Counted from the stretch's first letter, positions 1 to 9,906 are shown. The stretch: 64,000 nt of DNA from Longimicrobiales bacterium (GCA_965238005.1 OZ250165.1:2944001-3008000); one strand, 5' to 3'. The notes: generated by a model not told the origin, from the letters alone. Made by a program: numbers and translations.

Positions 1-482
1 TCCAACACACCGGCCTTCTCCAGGTATAGGAGGGTGCTCTCGAGCCACCGGCGACACGTCGAGCCTCGACTCCTCCTCAAGTCGACGGCCATCCCGGTGG
101 GGTGGACGGAGAGATTGGAGGCGTTCCTCGGCTGGCGAGTCATGGGCCTGGTCAGACTCGTGACGACGAGCTGCTCCCTGCAGGCGCGGCGGTACTGATT
201 GCCCAGCCGCTGGATGAAGGTGGCCACTTCCGGCCGAGCATACGGGAAGGAGACTTCATGAAGGGCGTAATCCCGGTTCGGCGGAACCCGGACCAGATAT
301 CCGGCGTCGGCGAACCGTCGCACCTGTGCGGACGTTGTGAGGAAGGTGAAATCGTGGTCCTGAGCCCTCCGGTGGGTGCGATTCACCGAGGCCTCGGAGC
401 CACGAAGGCTCTGGCCTTGAGCCTGACCCACGCCGAGTGAGAAGAGCGCGGCGAGCGCGATCAATGGGCTCAGTCGTCGCAA
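1..482 (-). CDS. Secreted peptidase M15/DD-peptidase-fold protein (DUF5715-like), truncated by the left window edge
   Basis: Not in the ORF track. My translation from TTG at 482 gives the signal-peptide-like LRRLSPLIALAALFSLGVGQAQG, then ...LVVTSLTRP...SVHPTGMAVDLR... (HxxGxAxD zinc-peptidase motif). The frame is open to the edge. Confidence 0.7.
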   Translation of the reverse strand, partial: MRRLSPLIALAALFSLGVGQAQGQSLRGSEASVNRTHRRAQDHDFTFLTTSAQVRRFADAGYLVRVPPNRDYALHEVSFPYARPEVATFIQRLGNQYRRACREQLVVTSLTRPMTRQPRNASNLSVHPTGMAVDLRRSRGSTCRRWLESTLLYLEKAGVL

Positions 483-597
483 CGTTCGTTGCCTTTTCGA
501 CTCTCGAGAACCGTTCAAGCCACCTCCCCATCATGCCTCTCCATGTGTAAACATATGTAGTCGTCCACACAAGTCTCTCATGCTTCGGTTGACCGAT

Positions 598-626
598 TAG
601 ACGCCTGAGAGGGTCCGTTAGTTGCA
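598..626 (-). promoter_or_regulatory. Putative ECF-sigma promoter (TGCAAC-N17-CGTCTA) upstream of the edge gene
   Basis: Minus strand reads tgcAAC taacggaccctctcagg CGTCTA, the typical AAC/CGT ECF arrangement, about 115 bp upstream of the start at 482. Confidence 0.4.
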
Positions 627-656
627 GTGGTCGATCATGTGGCTCGAACGACGCCG

Positions 657-1280
657 TCACCCCCCGCTGGCTTCATCGAAGTTCGAGGCGACCACGTCCC
701 AATTGACGACGCTCCACCAGGCGGTCAGATAGTCCGGCCTCCGGTTCTGGTAGTTCAGGTAGTAAGCGTGCTCCCAGACGTCTACGCCCAGGATGGGAGT
801 GGAGCCCAGAGAGAGCGGGTTGTCCTGGTTGGCCGTGGCCATCACCTGGAGCCCTTCCGTGGGCCCGACAACCAGCCAGCCCCAGCCCGACCCGAACTGT
901 CCTCCCGCCGTCTTCTGGAAGGTCGCCTTGAAGTCGTCGAAGGATCCGAAGGCCAAGTCGATGGCCTCGGCAAGGGCTCCCGAAGGGGCGCCGGCCCCGC
1001 CCGGGGTCATGACCTGCCAAAAGAGGGTGTGGTTCACGAATCCGCCACCGTTGTTGCGAACCGCAGTACGGATAGCCTCAGGGACGGCGGAGAGATCGCC
1101 CACCAGCTCCTGACCGGAGAGGTGGTGCAAGTCCGGATGGTTCTCCAGCGCGCCGTTCACATTGTTGGTGTAGCCCTGGTGGTGCTTCCCATGGTGGATC
1201 TCCATGGTCCGGGCGTCGATGTGGGGCTCCAGGGCAGCATGATCGTACCCCAGGTCCGGAAGCTGAAACGGGTAAGCCAT
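657..1280 (-). CDS. sodA: Superoxide dismutase, probably Mn-type
   Basis: HHGKHH, NNGGG..NH, NQD and DVWEHAYY motifs; GG and QD residues favour Mn specificity. Confidence 0.93.
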   Translation of the reverse strand: MAYPFQLPDLGYDHAALEPHIDARTMEIHHGKHHQGYTNNVNGALENHPDLHHLSGQELVGDLSAVPEAIRTAVRNNGGGFVNHTLFWQVMTPGGAGAPSGALAEAIDLAFGSFDDFKATFQKTAGGQFGSGWGWLVVGPTEGLQVMATANQDNPLSLGSTPILGVDVWEHAYYLNYQNRRPDYLTAWWSVVNWDVVASNFDEASGG

Positions 1281-1455
1281 CGGTTCCTCCTGTGCTCGGC
1301 GTGTTGCTCGAGGCCGCGATCCCCTATGCTACGGAGTGGGTGGCAGGCCAACTCGAAGGCCGGATTGTACCCCCCTCGGATCACTCTTCGCAAATGTGTC
1401 GGTGGCGCCTAACTTCCATCGGACCACTGCACTCGGCCCCATCGCAAGCGACCCC

Positions 1456-2667
1456 ATGGACCCAGACGGAGCCGGAACCCCTAGGCGGATTCTCCTCGTC
1501 GACTGTGACGCCTTCTACGTCCAGGTCGCCCGCCTCGAGGACCCGGAGGGGGCCGGCAAGGCGGAGCTCCTACTCGTGGGTGGATCCGCCACCGGGCGAG
1601 GAGTCGTCACCTCCGCCTCGTATGGGGCTCGGCAGTTCGGAGTGCGGTCGGCCATGCCAACCGCCCAGGCCCTGCGTCTCTGTCCGGACGCCACGGTCGT
1701 GGGCGTGCCGAGGGGCGCATGCAGCCGGAAGAGCCGTGAGATCAGAAGGCTCCTGGAGGACCTCGCGCCCGTGGTGCAGGCGGCCTCCATCGACGAATTC
1801 TATCTCGACCTCACGGGCACCCACCGCCTCTTCGGAGAGACGCTGGAGGCCACGGCCAGCCGCATCCGCTCGAGTGTTCTCGAGAACACGAGCGTCTCCG
1901 TCTCCATCGGAGGAAGCACCCGCAAGATGGTGGCGAAGCTCGCGTCCGGAATCGCCAAGCCCGGCGGGGTTCACCTCGTCCCTCCCGGAGAAGAAGCCGC
2001 CTTCATGCGCCGGTTGGACTTGGCGGACATCCCCGGCGTCGGCCCCTCTCTGGTGGAGTCCCTGAAGCAGCGTGGGCTCGTTCGGATCGAAGACGCGCTG
2101 GGAATCGAACTCGAGTGGCTCCAGAAATGGTTCGGCGAGCACCGTGGCCGATGGCTGTACCGTCGCATGCGTGGGTTGGATTCGGCCCGCGTGGACCCTC
2201 GCGAGCCACGAAAGTCCATCAGCTCGGAGCGCACCTTCTTCAGTGACCTGGAGTCGGACGAGGAGCTCGAGGGTGCCCTCATGAGGCTCTCGGTATCCGT
2301 GGGCAGGACCCTGCGCAGGTCCGGACTGCGCGCCCGAACCATCACGGTGAAGCTCCGGGACAGTGACTTCACCACGCGGTCGCGGGGCCGCACGGTGCCA
2401 GAAGCGGTGGAGACGGACGCGGCCGTGTTCTTCGTGGCTTGCGAGCTTCTGAGGGAGCTCCGTCATCGCCGCCGGACAAGAGCGCGCCTGTTGGGGGTGG
2501 GGCTGACGAACTTCGTGCCGGGTACTGATCCCGCGCAGCTGGGACTGTTCGAAGTTGAGCGAGGCCTCGAGGGAGAGCGTGAACGCGCCCTCGGACAAGC
2601 CGTGGACGGACTGAGGGACCGCTTCGGAGAGGGCGCGGTCGTGCCGGGCAGGATGATCCACAAGTGA
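1456..2667 (+). CDS. dinB: DNA polymerase IV (Y family)
   Basis: ILLVDCDAFYVQV, SYGARQFGVRSAMP, SIDEFY, KSISSERTF. Start placed at ATG 1456 rather than 1336. Confidence 0.93.
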   Translation: MDPDGAGTPRRILLVDCDAFYVQVARLEDPEGAGKAELLLVGGSATGRGVVTSASYGARQFGVRSAMPTAQALRLCPDATVVGVPRGACSRKSREIRRLLEDLAPVVQAASIDEFYLDLTGTHRLFGETLEATASRIRSSVLENTSVSVSIGGSTRKMVAKLASGIAKPGGVHLVPPGEEAAFMRRLDLADIPGVGPSLVESLKQRGLVRIEDALGIELEWLQKWFGEHRGRWLYRRMRGLDSARVDPREPRKSISSERTFFSDLESDEELEGALMRLSVSVGRTLRRSGLRARTITVKLRDSDFTTRSRGRTVPEAVETDAAVFFVACELLRELRHRRRTRARLLGVGLTNFVPGTDPAQLGLFEVERGLEGERERALGQAVDGLRDRFGEGAVVPGRMIHK

Positions 2668-2716
2668 TGGGCAACGCTCTCTCGATAACGGCTCAGGGCG
2701 GGCTCAAGCCTCCACA

Positions 2717-4414
2717 CTACTCTCCGGTCTTCAGCCAGGGCTGCCTCTCGAAGTAGCTGTCGGTAAGCTCCTTCACCTTTCCTGAGAGCAGGACCAGGGC
2801 GATGAGGTTCGGCAGGATGACGATGCCGAGGGCGATATCGCCGATCCACCAGACCAGATTCAGGGAGATGATCGCCCCCAGGAAGTGCATGATCAGGTAG
2901 ACGACCTTGTAGGGGCGGATCGCCCCTTCACCCCACAGGTAGTTGGCACACCGGTCTCCGTAGTAGCTCCACGAGATGGCGGTGGAGATCCCGAACAGGA
3001 AGACCGAGAGGATCACGATGTAGTGACCCCAGTCGCCCAGTGGAGACAACCCCTTCCGGAACGCGTACATGGTGAGGGGCGCGCCACTCTCGATCGCCAT
3101 GCCGTACAGCGACGTGTGGCTGGTGCCTGACCCGTCCACGGCCTCCCCCCGCACGGGGAGCACCGAGCCCGAGAAGCGCTGCGTCATGGCCTCGTCGGTA
3201 AAGAGCTCGTCCACAGCCACCTCGTGCCAGGCCACCAAGGTCGCGCTTCCCGGTGCGTGTCGGCCGTTCTGGATTTGGATCTCGGCCGGAGCATCCACGG
3301 ACTCGTACCCGGTCTGGACGTCTCCCGACACCCAGCTGAGATCGCCGCCGGCGAGCGTGATCTCTGTGGGGATACGCTCGCTGTACACGCCCGTTATCAC
3401 GATGACGAGGGCCGTCATGGTGACGATGACGATGGTGTCGATGAAGGGCTCCAGCAGGGCCACGACGCCCTCGGAGACGGGCTCCTCGGTCTTGGCGGCG
3501 GCGTGGGCGATGGGCGCCGATCCCTCTCCTGCCTCGTTGGAGAAGAGGCCCCTGTTCACGCCCCACATCATCGTGACGAGGATGGCGCCGATCCCGGTGC
3601 CGGCCACGCCGGCCGACGGATTGAACGCCTCACTGAAGATCGTCGCGAAGGCCGGAGCGACCTCGCCGAGGTTCAGCAGAATGATGGTCAGGGCACCGAG
3701 CACGTAGACCGCCGCCATGAAGGGCGCCAGGATGCCGGTGATGCGGCCGATCCGTGCGATCCCCCCCAGGATTACCGCAGCGACGATCGTGACGGTGACG
3801 GCGCCCGTAATCCACTGAGCCGTCCCGAAGGCGGTGCCGACAGTGTCGGCCACGGTATTCGCCTGAATGGCGTTGCCGGTCAGGAACGCGGTGAAGCCCA
3901 AAGCGGTGGCGAAGAAGACGCCCATCCACTTCCAGCCCGGACCCAAGCCCCTCTCGATGTAGTACATGGGCCCTCCGGAGACGGTACCGATCACCTTGTC
4001 CGCTCCTTCGTGCACCGAACGGTAGTGCTGGGCCAGTGTCACCTCCGTGAACTTCGTCGCCATCCCCAGGGCGGCCGTCAGCCACATCCAGAAGAGCGCT
4101 CCCGGGCCGCCCCAGTGAATGGCCAGCGCCACTCCGGCGATGTTGCCGATGCCCACCGTGGCCGACAGGGCCGTGGTCAGGGCCTGGAAGTGCGAGACGT
4201 CACCGGGATCGTCGGGATCGTCGTATCGGCCAGTGGCGACCGCCACACCGTGCCCGAAGCGGCGGAGCTGAATCAACCCGAGGCGGAGCGTCAGGAAGCC
4301 GCCGACTCCGATGAGGGCCAGGACCACGATCGGGATGTCGCCATCCTCGGTCGGGATGCCCCACTCCCAGACGAAGGCCCGCACGACGGTGACGAGGTTC
4401 TCGAAGCGATCCAC
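2717..4414 (-). CDS. Alanine/glycine:cation symporter (AGCS family) with a large inserted loop
   Basis: SHFQAL..ALSATVGIGNIAGVA, GGPGALFWMW, GGPMYY, RGLFSNEAGEGSAPIAHAAA, EPFIDT. Confidence 0.9.
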   Translation of the reverse strand: MDRFENLVTVVRAFVWEWGIPTEDGDIPIVVLALIGVGGFLTLRLGLIQLRRFGHGVAVATGRYDDPDDPGDVSHFQALTTALSATVGIGNIAGVALAIHWGGPGALFWMWLTAALGMATKFTEVTLAQHYRSVHEGADKVIGTVSGGPMYYIERGLGPGWKWMGVFFATALGFTAFLTGNAIQANTVADTVGTAFGTAQWITGAVTVTIVAAVILGGIARIGRITGILAPFMAAVYVLGALTIILLNLGEVAPAFATIFSEAFNPSAGVAGTGIGAILVTMMWGVNRGLFSNEAGEGSAPIAHAAAKTEEPVSEGVVALLEPFIDTIVIVTMTALVIVITGVYSERIPTEITLAGGDLSWVSGDVQTGYESVDAPAEIQIQNGRHAPGSATLVAWHEVAVDELFTDEAMTQRFSGSVLPVRGEAVDGSGTSHTSLYGMAIESGAPLTMYAFRKGLSPLGDWGHYIVILSVFLFGISTAISWSYYGDRCANYLWGEGAIRPYKVVYLIMHFLGAIISLNLVWWIGDIALGIVILPNLIALVLLSGKVKELTDSYFERQPWLKTGE

Positions 4415-4494
4415 TTGCGCTCCCCTTTGAAAGTGAAAGCGAGGAAGATTGTGGGTGGGCTAGCTCAGGGCAAGGCGGACCGGAGCCGCAGCGG

Positions 4495-4842
4495 TCATTC
4501 CGGAAGCATCTTTCCGAGGGGACGTCCACCCAGAAGGTGGAGGTGCAGGTGGTACACCTCCTGACCGCCGTGGGCCTTACAGTTCATGATGAGCCGGTAC
4601 CCCTCCTCGTCGATGCCGTCCTCCTCCGCCAGCCGGGAGGCCACCCGGATCATGCGCCCCAGAGCCGGCTCGTCCGCCTCGGTCACGTCGGCGAGAGTCG
4701 GGACCGGCTTGTTCGGGACGATCAATATGTGGGTTGGCGCCTGCGGCTCGATGTCTCGGAATGCCGTGACGAGCTTGTCCCGGTAGACCACGTCGGCCGG
4801 AATCTCTCCGCGAACGATCTGCCCGAAGATCGTGTCTGTCAT
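4495..4842 (-). CDS. hinT: Histidine triad (HIT) nucleotide-binding protein
   Basis: [43 protein letters not shown]. Confidence 0.92.
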   Translation of the reverse strand: MTDTIFGQIVRGEIPADVVYRDKLVTAFRDIEPQAPTHILIVPNKPVPTLADVTEADEPALGRMIRVASRLAEEDGIDEEGYRLIMNCKAHGGQEVYHLHLHLLGGRPLGKMLPE

Positions 4843-4959
4843 CCATGCTCCTCCCTGAGATAAGACTCCGCAGTCTGATGAAATGAAGGCACGGAGCGCG
4901 CTGCAGAAGAAATGCTAATCGGGATCGGCTGGGGGACGCCAGGACGGGCGGGGGGGAAA

Positions 4960-4998
4960 CGGAATCGCCGGCCCCGATCGAGGGACCGGCGATTTCCG
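4960..4998 (-). terminator. Probable intrinsic terminator downstream of pilC
   Basis: Inverted repeat cggaatcgccggcccc/ggaccggcgatttccg, followed by a short T run on the minus strand, 40 bp after the pilC stop. Confidence 0.5.
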
Positions 4999-5037
4999 CA
5001 CGGCACGTTGCACGACGTGTCGGGGTCGACCGTAGGG

Positions 5038-6240
5038 TTAGCCGACCGCGTTGATCATGTCGAAGATGGGCAGGTACATGGCGACGATCATGCCACCGAC
5101 GACCACGCCCAGAACAACGATCATGATGGGCTCCATGGCGGCGAGCAGCGCCTCGACCGCGGCGTCGACCTCGTCGTCGTAGAAGTCGGCGATCTTCGTG
5201 AGCATGGTGTCCAGGCCTCCGGTCTGCTCACCCACGTTGATCATCTGAACCACCATGGGCGGGAACACGCCGGACTCCTTGAGCGGCCCGGCGATGGTCT
5301 CACCTCCCGCGATGGACGCTCGTGAGCTCATCACGGCGTCGTGGATGACCCGGTTGCCCGCAGTCTTGGCCGTGATCTCGAGCCCCTCGAGGATCGAGAC
5401 ACCGGAGGACACCAGCGTGCCCAGAGTCCGGGTGAAGCGGGCCACGGCGGCTTTCCGCTGTAGATCCCCCAGGATGGGCAGCGCCAACATCAGCTTGTCG
5501 ATGAAGAGCCTGCCACCGTCGGTGGAGTAGGCCTGCCTGATCGCGAAGACCGACGCCACGATCCCAATGAGCACGGCCCACCAGAACGCCTGGAGGAACT
5601 GCGACATGCCGATGACGATCCGGGTGGGTAGCGGCAGCGGGATCCCGGCGGACTCGAACATCGTCTGGAACGTCGGGATCACGAAGATGAGGAGGATGAC
5701 GATGGCCATGCCCGCCACCGAGAAGATGACGGCCGGGTAGATCATGGCTCCCTTGATCTTCCGGACCAGCGCGTCGTTCTTCTCGAGGAAGGTGGCCAGC
5801 CTGAGCAGAATCGTGTCCAGGATACCACCGGCCTCTCCGGCAGCCACCATGTTCACGAAGAGTTCGCTGAACACCTTGGGGTGCCTTCCCAAGGCGTCGG
5901 CCAGCGTGTGCCCCGACTCGACGTCGTAGAGCACCTCCCCCAGCACTTTGGCCAGAGCCTGGTTTTCGGTCTGCTCTCCGAGGATGTCCAGACTCTGGAC
6001 GAGAGGCAGCCCCGAGTTGATCATCGTCGCGAACTGGCGCGTGAAGATGACGATATCTCGGGTCGTGATGCCGGTCCCAAACTGAATCTGGAACTGCTTC
6101 GGCTTCTCCCGGACCGCGACGGGGATCAGCTTCTGCCTATGCAAGAAGGCTAGAACTTCGTCCTTGGTAGGAAGCTCGATCTCGCCTTGCTTGATGTCTC
6201 CGCCGGCGGCAGGCCGGGCACTCCAATTGAAGGTCGGCAT
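5038..6240 (-). CDS. pilC: Type IV pilus inner-membrane platform protein (T2SS F family)
   Basis: FTRQFATMINSGLPL, AGEAGGILD, KIKGAMIYP, GEQTGGLD, EPIMIVVLG; directly downstream of pilT and pilB. Confidence 0.93.
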   Translation of the reverse strand: MPTFNWSARPAAGGDIKQGEIELPTKDEVLAFLHRQKLIPVAVREKPKQFQIQFGTGITTRDIVIFTRQFATMINSGLPLVQSLDILGEQTENQALAKVLGEVLYDVESGHTLADALGRHPKVFSELFVNMVAAGEAGGILDTILLRLATFLEKNDALVRKIKGAMIYPAVIFSVAGMAIVILLIFVIPTFQTMFESAGIPLPLPTRIVIGMSQFLQAFWWAVLIGIVASVFAIRQAYSTDGGRLFIDKLMLALPILGDLQRKAAVARFTRTLGTLVSSGVSILEGLEITAKTAGNRVIHDAVMSSRASIAGGETIAGPLKESGVFPPMVVQMINVGEQTGGLDTMLTKIADFYDDEVDAAVEALLAAMEPIMIVVLGVVVGGMIVAMYLPIFDMINAVG

Positions 6241-6266
6241 TCTTGTCTACCTACTGGTGGGTCTCA

Positions 6267-7379
6267 TTAAGCTGGCACGGGTTGACCCACGGCGCGCAGC
6301 AACTCGTTCTGGTCTCCAGATCGCTTCAGTGCTTCTTCAAGAGTAATGGTGCCCTGCATATAAAGCACCTGCAAGGAATCGTTCATCGTCTGCATCCCAT
6401 GCTTCTTACCGGCCTGCATGAGAGAATAGATTTGGTGGATCTTCTCGTCGCGGATCACCGCACGAATGGCCGCGGTACACATCATGACCTCAGCGGCGCA
6501 CACCCGACCTCTTCCCTTGGCCTTCGGGAGCAGCGTCTGTGTGATCACGCCCTCCAGGACGAACGCGAGCTGCGCCCTGACCTGGGCCTGCTGATGGGCC
6601 GGGAACGCGTCGATGATCCGGTTGATGGACTCGGCCGCCGAATTGGTGTGGAGCGTGGCGAGCACGAGGTGACCGGTCTCCGCGATCGTCAGCGCCGCGC
6701 CGATGGTCTCCAGATCGCGCATCTCGCCGATGAGGATGGTGTCGGGGTCCTGCCGCAGGGCGTACTTGAGGGCCGCGCTGAAGCTCTTGGTGTCCGCGCC
6801 CACCTCCCGCTGGTTCACCATGCACTTCTGGTGGCGGTGGATGAACTCGATGGGGTCCTCGATCGTGATGATGTGGCCCCGGCGCTCATTGTTGATCTTA
6901 TCGACAAGGGCGGCCAACGTCGTCGACTTCCCCGATCCCGTGGGTCCGGTCACCAGCACCAAGCCCCTGGGACGATCGGCGAAGTCCGCCACCACCGCCG
7001 GGAGCCCCAAGTCCGCGATGGTGACGATCTTATAGGGAATCATCCGGATCGCCATGGCGACGCAGCCGCGCTGCTTGAAGACGTTGCCCCGGAAGCGCGA
7101 CAGGTTCTGGACACCGAACGAGAAGTCCAGCTCGTCCTCGGTCTCGAAGCGCTTCTTCTGGGCCTCCGTCAGGATGGAGTAGGCGATCGAGAGCGTGTCC
7201 CTAGGCGTCAGAACGTGGTTGATCTGAGTATCGTGGAGATCACCGTCGATGCGTATCTTCGGCCTCGTCCCCGCGGTGATGTGGAGGTCGGAGGCGCCCT
7301 TCTGGATCATCTCCTGGAGGAGAAGGCGAAGGTTGAGCTCCTGTTGCTGGTCTTGCTCCGTCGTCGTCGTCGGATTCAT
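6267..7379 (-). CDS. pilT: Type IV pilus retraction ATPase
   Basis: ASDLHI, Walker A GPTGSGKSTT, TIEDPIE, LRQDPD..LIGEMRD, AETGHLVLATLHT, AIRAVIRD (AIRNLIRE-like), GMQTM. Confidence 0.95.
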   Translation of the reverse strand: MNPTTTTEQDQQQELNLRLLLQEMIQKGASDLHITAGTRPKIRIDGDLHDTQINHVLTPRDTLSIAYSILTEAQKKRFETEDELDFSFGVQNLSRFRGNVFKQRGCVAMAIRMIPYKIVTIADLGLPAVVADFADRPRGLVLVTGPTGSGKSTTLAALVDKINNERRGHIITIEDPIEFIHRHQKCMVNQREVGADTKSFSAALKYALRQDPDTILIGEMRDLETIGAALTIAETGHLVLATLHTNSAAESINRIIDAFPAHQQAQVRAQLAFVLEGVITQTLLPKAKGRGRVCAAEVMMCTAAIRAVIRDEKIHQIYSLMQAGKKHGMQTMNDSLQVLYMQGTITLEEALKRSGDQNELLRAVGQPVPA

Positions 7380-7410
7380 TCAGAGTCTCGTTGTAGGGTT
7401 CACGGCTGGC

Positions 7411-9123
7411 TCAATCCCCCGTCGAGGTCTCCTTGATGACCTCATCCAAGGTCGTGATGCCTCGCCCCGCCTTCAAGAGACCGTCCATCCGGAGCGTGAG
7501 CATCCCCTCCTCCAGAGCCACTTCACGCAGCTCATCGGTGCTGGCCTCGGCCATGATGGCTTTTCTGATCGCGGCATTCACGTCCATCACCTCGTACAGG
7601 CCCTGACGGCCCTTGTACCCTGTGTTACCGCACTTGTCACAGCCCTCGCCACGGTAGAGGGTCACCTTGTTGATCCAGTCGTCCGGCAGCTTGGCCGACT
7701 TGAGGTACTCGTCCTCGTAGGTCGCCTCGACCTTGCAGTTCTCGCATATACGCCGGAGAAGCCGCTGGGCAGTCAAAAGGTTGAGCGCAGCCGCCAGGTT
7801 GAACGGCTCCAGGCCCATGTCGATCAGACGGGTGATCGTGGACGGGGTATCGTTGGTATGGAGGGTCGAGAGCATCAGGTGGCCTGTGAGGGCCGCCTTG
7901 ATGGCGATCCCGCCCGTCTCGAGGTCACGAATCTCACCGACCATGATGATGTTCGGGTCCTGCCGCAGAAACGCCCTGAGGGCCGCGGCGAAGGTCATCC
8001 CGATCTCGCTTCGCACGAGGACCTGATTGATCCCGTGGAGGTTATACTCCACGGGATCCTCGGCCGTCATGATGTTGACGCCCTCGTCGTTGATCTGGGA
8101 CAGGGCGGAGTAGAGCGTCGTCGTCTTTCCGGAACCGGTGGGCCCCGTCACCAGGACCATGCCGTAGAGGCTTGCGATGGCCCCCATGAAGTCCTTCTCG
8201 GCCTTGGGCTCGAATCCGAACAGCCTGAGGTCGAAAGTGAGGTTCCCGGCGTCCAGGATACGCATCACGATCTTCTCGCCGAAGATCACGGGTAGCGTCG
8301 AGACGCGGAAGTCCACCACCTTGCGCTTCATCCTCAGCTTGATGCGCCCGTCCTGCGGCACCCTTCGCTCGGCGATGTTCAGGTCCGAGAGGATCTTAAT
8401 ACGAGAGGTGAGCGCCGCCTTCATCTTCATCGGCGGCTTCATGACCTCGTAGAGGGTCCCATCGAGCCGGTACCGGACGCGGACCTCCTTCTCGTAGGGC
8501 TCGATGTGGATGTCGGAGACGCCTTTACGTACTGCGTCCGTGAGCAGCCCGTTGATGAACTTCACCACCGGAGCCTCGTCGACCTCGGCCTGGAGGGCAG
8601 CGACGCTGTCCTCGATATCCTCTTCGACGAACTCGAGGTCCTCCTCGAGGAAGCCGCCGAGGAGGTCGTCTATGGCATCCTCGGACGCACCGTAGTAGCG
8701 CTCCAGATGGTGGCGGAGCGTGTACTCTCCGACGATCACAGGCTCGATGTCGAAGCGGGTCTTGAAGCGGAGGACGTCGACGGCTTCCAGGTCGGACGGG
8801 TTCGCCATGGCGACGGTGAGCGTTCGGCCCACTTTTCGGAGGGGCAGAACCAGGTGCTTGTAGGCCATATCACGGTCGATGAGTCTATGGATCTTCTCTT
8901 CGACAGTGACCTTCTCGAGGTCGACGGCCGGCAGGCGGTACTGCTTGGAGAGCATCCGCGTGAGCTCGTTCTCCGCCACGAAGCCGAGCTTCACGAGTGA
9001 GAAGCCGACACGGGTGCCGTTTTCCGTGGCGTCCTTCAACGCCTCTTGCAACTGGCCGGCATCGATGAGGCCTTCTCGCACGAAAAGGTCACCAAGGCGA
9101 ACTTCTGCGACGTTGGTTGGCAT
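7411..9123 (-). CDS. pilB: Type IV pilus assembly ATPase with N-terminal MshEN-like motif
   Basis: SDIHIEP, ERRVPQDGRI, GPTGSGKTTT, TAEDPVE, LRQDP, tetracysteine CENC/CDKC, GYKGR. Confidence 0.94.
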   Translation of the reverse strand: MPTNVAEVRLGDLFVREGLIDAGQLQEALKDATENGTRVGFSLVKLGFVAENELTRMLSKQYRLPAVDLEKVTVEEKIHRLIDRDMAYKHLVLPLRKVGRTLTVAMANPSDLEAVDVLRFKTRFDIEPVIVGEYTLRHHLERYYGASEDAIDDLLGGFLEEDLEFVEEDIEDSVAALQAEVDEAPVVKFINGLLTDAVRKGVSDIHIEPYEKEVRVRYRLDGTLYEVMKPPMKMKAALTSRIKILSDLNIAERRVPQDGRIKLRMKRKVVDFRVSTLPVIFGEKIVMRILDAGNLTFDLRLFGFEPKAEKDFMGAIASLYGMVLVTGPTGSGKTTTLYSALSQINDEGVNIMTAEDPVEYNLHGINQVLVRSEIGMTFAAALRAFLRQDPNIIMVGEIRDLETGGIAIKAALTGHLMLSTLHTNDTPSTITRLIDMGLEPFNLAAALNLLTAQRLLRRICENCKVEATYEDEYLKSAKLPDDWINKVTLYRGEGCDKCGNTGYKGRQGLYEVMDVNAAIRKAIMAEASTDELREVALEEGMLTLRMDGLLKAGRGITTLDEVIKETSTGD

Positions 9124-9165
9124 CGCCTGAGCCCTCCCCCCAGAGCGTAGTCAGTCAGAAACGTT

Positions 9166-9195
9166 TGGTTGTCTACAACCAGTTGTCTACAACCA
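9166..9195. promoter_or_regulatory. Tandem quasi-palindromic operator-like site upstream of pilB
   Basis: TGGTTGTCTACAACCA immediately followed by GTTGTCTACAACCA (14-bp direct repeat, each unit GTTGT-CT-ACAAC). Confidence 0.45.
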
Positions 9196-9237
9196 AAGGG
9201 TAGGATCGGGCGGCCCTGACGGGCAAGCACGAGTCGC

Positions 9238-9906
9238 TCAGCCGCCAGCGGACACGAGAGGCTTCAGGCGGGCTACGGTGGCGGGACCGATCCCCCTGAC
9301 TCTCTCGAGGTCGTCCGGGGTGCGGAATCCGCCCAAGCTGTCACGAAGAGCCAGGATCCGCTGAGCGATGGTCGGTCCTACCCCGGGCAGCCTTTCCAGC
9401 TCCTGGCGGCTCGCCCGGTTCAGATCGATGACCGAATCCGTGAGCGACGGCCCACCACGACCCCGATGCCGAGGACTGGCCAGGGTCCGAGCACGACCGT
9501 TCGACGCGCCCCGCCACTCCAGATGCGGCGCCATCCGTGCCAGCGTCGCCGGCCCGATTCCCGGAACGGCCAGGAGATCGTCGACCCCCGAGAACACTCC
9601 CTTCTCCTCCCGCAGACGGACGATCCTTTTCGCGGTGGCAGGCCCCACTCCGGGCAGGCGGTCCAGCTCCTCCTCGGGAGCCGTGTTGGGATCGAGCCTC
9701 TCATCGGGTGGCAAGGGGCGCTTGCGGCGCTCTTCTTCGCTCCTCCGCTCACTGCTCTCCGCCAGGAGCCTTCCCGTTTCGGAGGCCGCGGCCTCATATG
9801 GGGTCGGCCCCCTAGGTCTCCAGTGGCTAGCTACAGAGCGCACTACGCATAGAGAGAGCACGAGAAGGGCCGCCCGTTCGAGGGCCCGGGCTTCCGCAGA
9901 CGTCAT
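9238..9906 (-). CDS. comEA: ComEA-like DNA receptor with two helix-hairpin-helix modules
   Basis: N-terminal hydrophobic segment, then LDPNTA..EELDRLPGVGPATAKRI...VPGIGPAT and IDLNRAS..ELERLPGVGPTIAQRI...VRGIGPAT. Start chosen at ATG 9906. Confidence 0.85.
   Translation of the reverse strand: MTSAEARALERAALLVLSLCVVRSVASHWRPRGPTPYEAAASETGRLLAESSERRSEEERRKRPLPPDERLDPNTAPEEELDRLPGVGPATAKRIVRLREEKGVFSGVDDLLAVPGIGPATLARMAPHLEWRGASNGRARTLASPRHRGRGGPSLTDSVIDLNRASRQELERLPGVGPTIAQRILALRDSLGGFRTPDDLERVRGIGPATVARLKPLVSAGG

Noticed and set aside
102..660. Track ORFs 102-440 (+) and 256-660 (-)
   Set aside because: They overlap a better frame (minus strand, 482 to the edge) that has a signal peptide and a peptidase motif.
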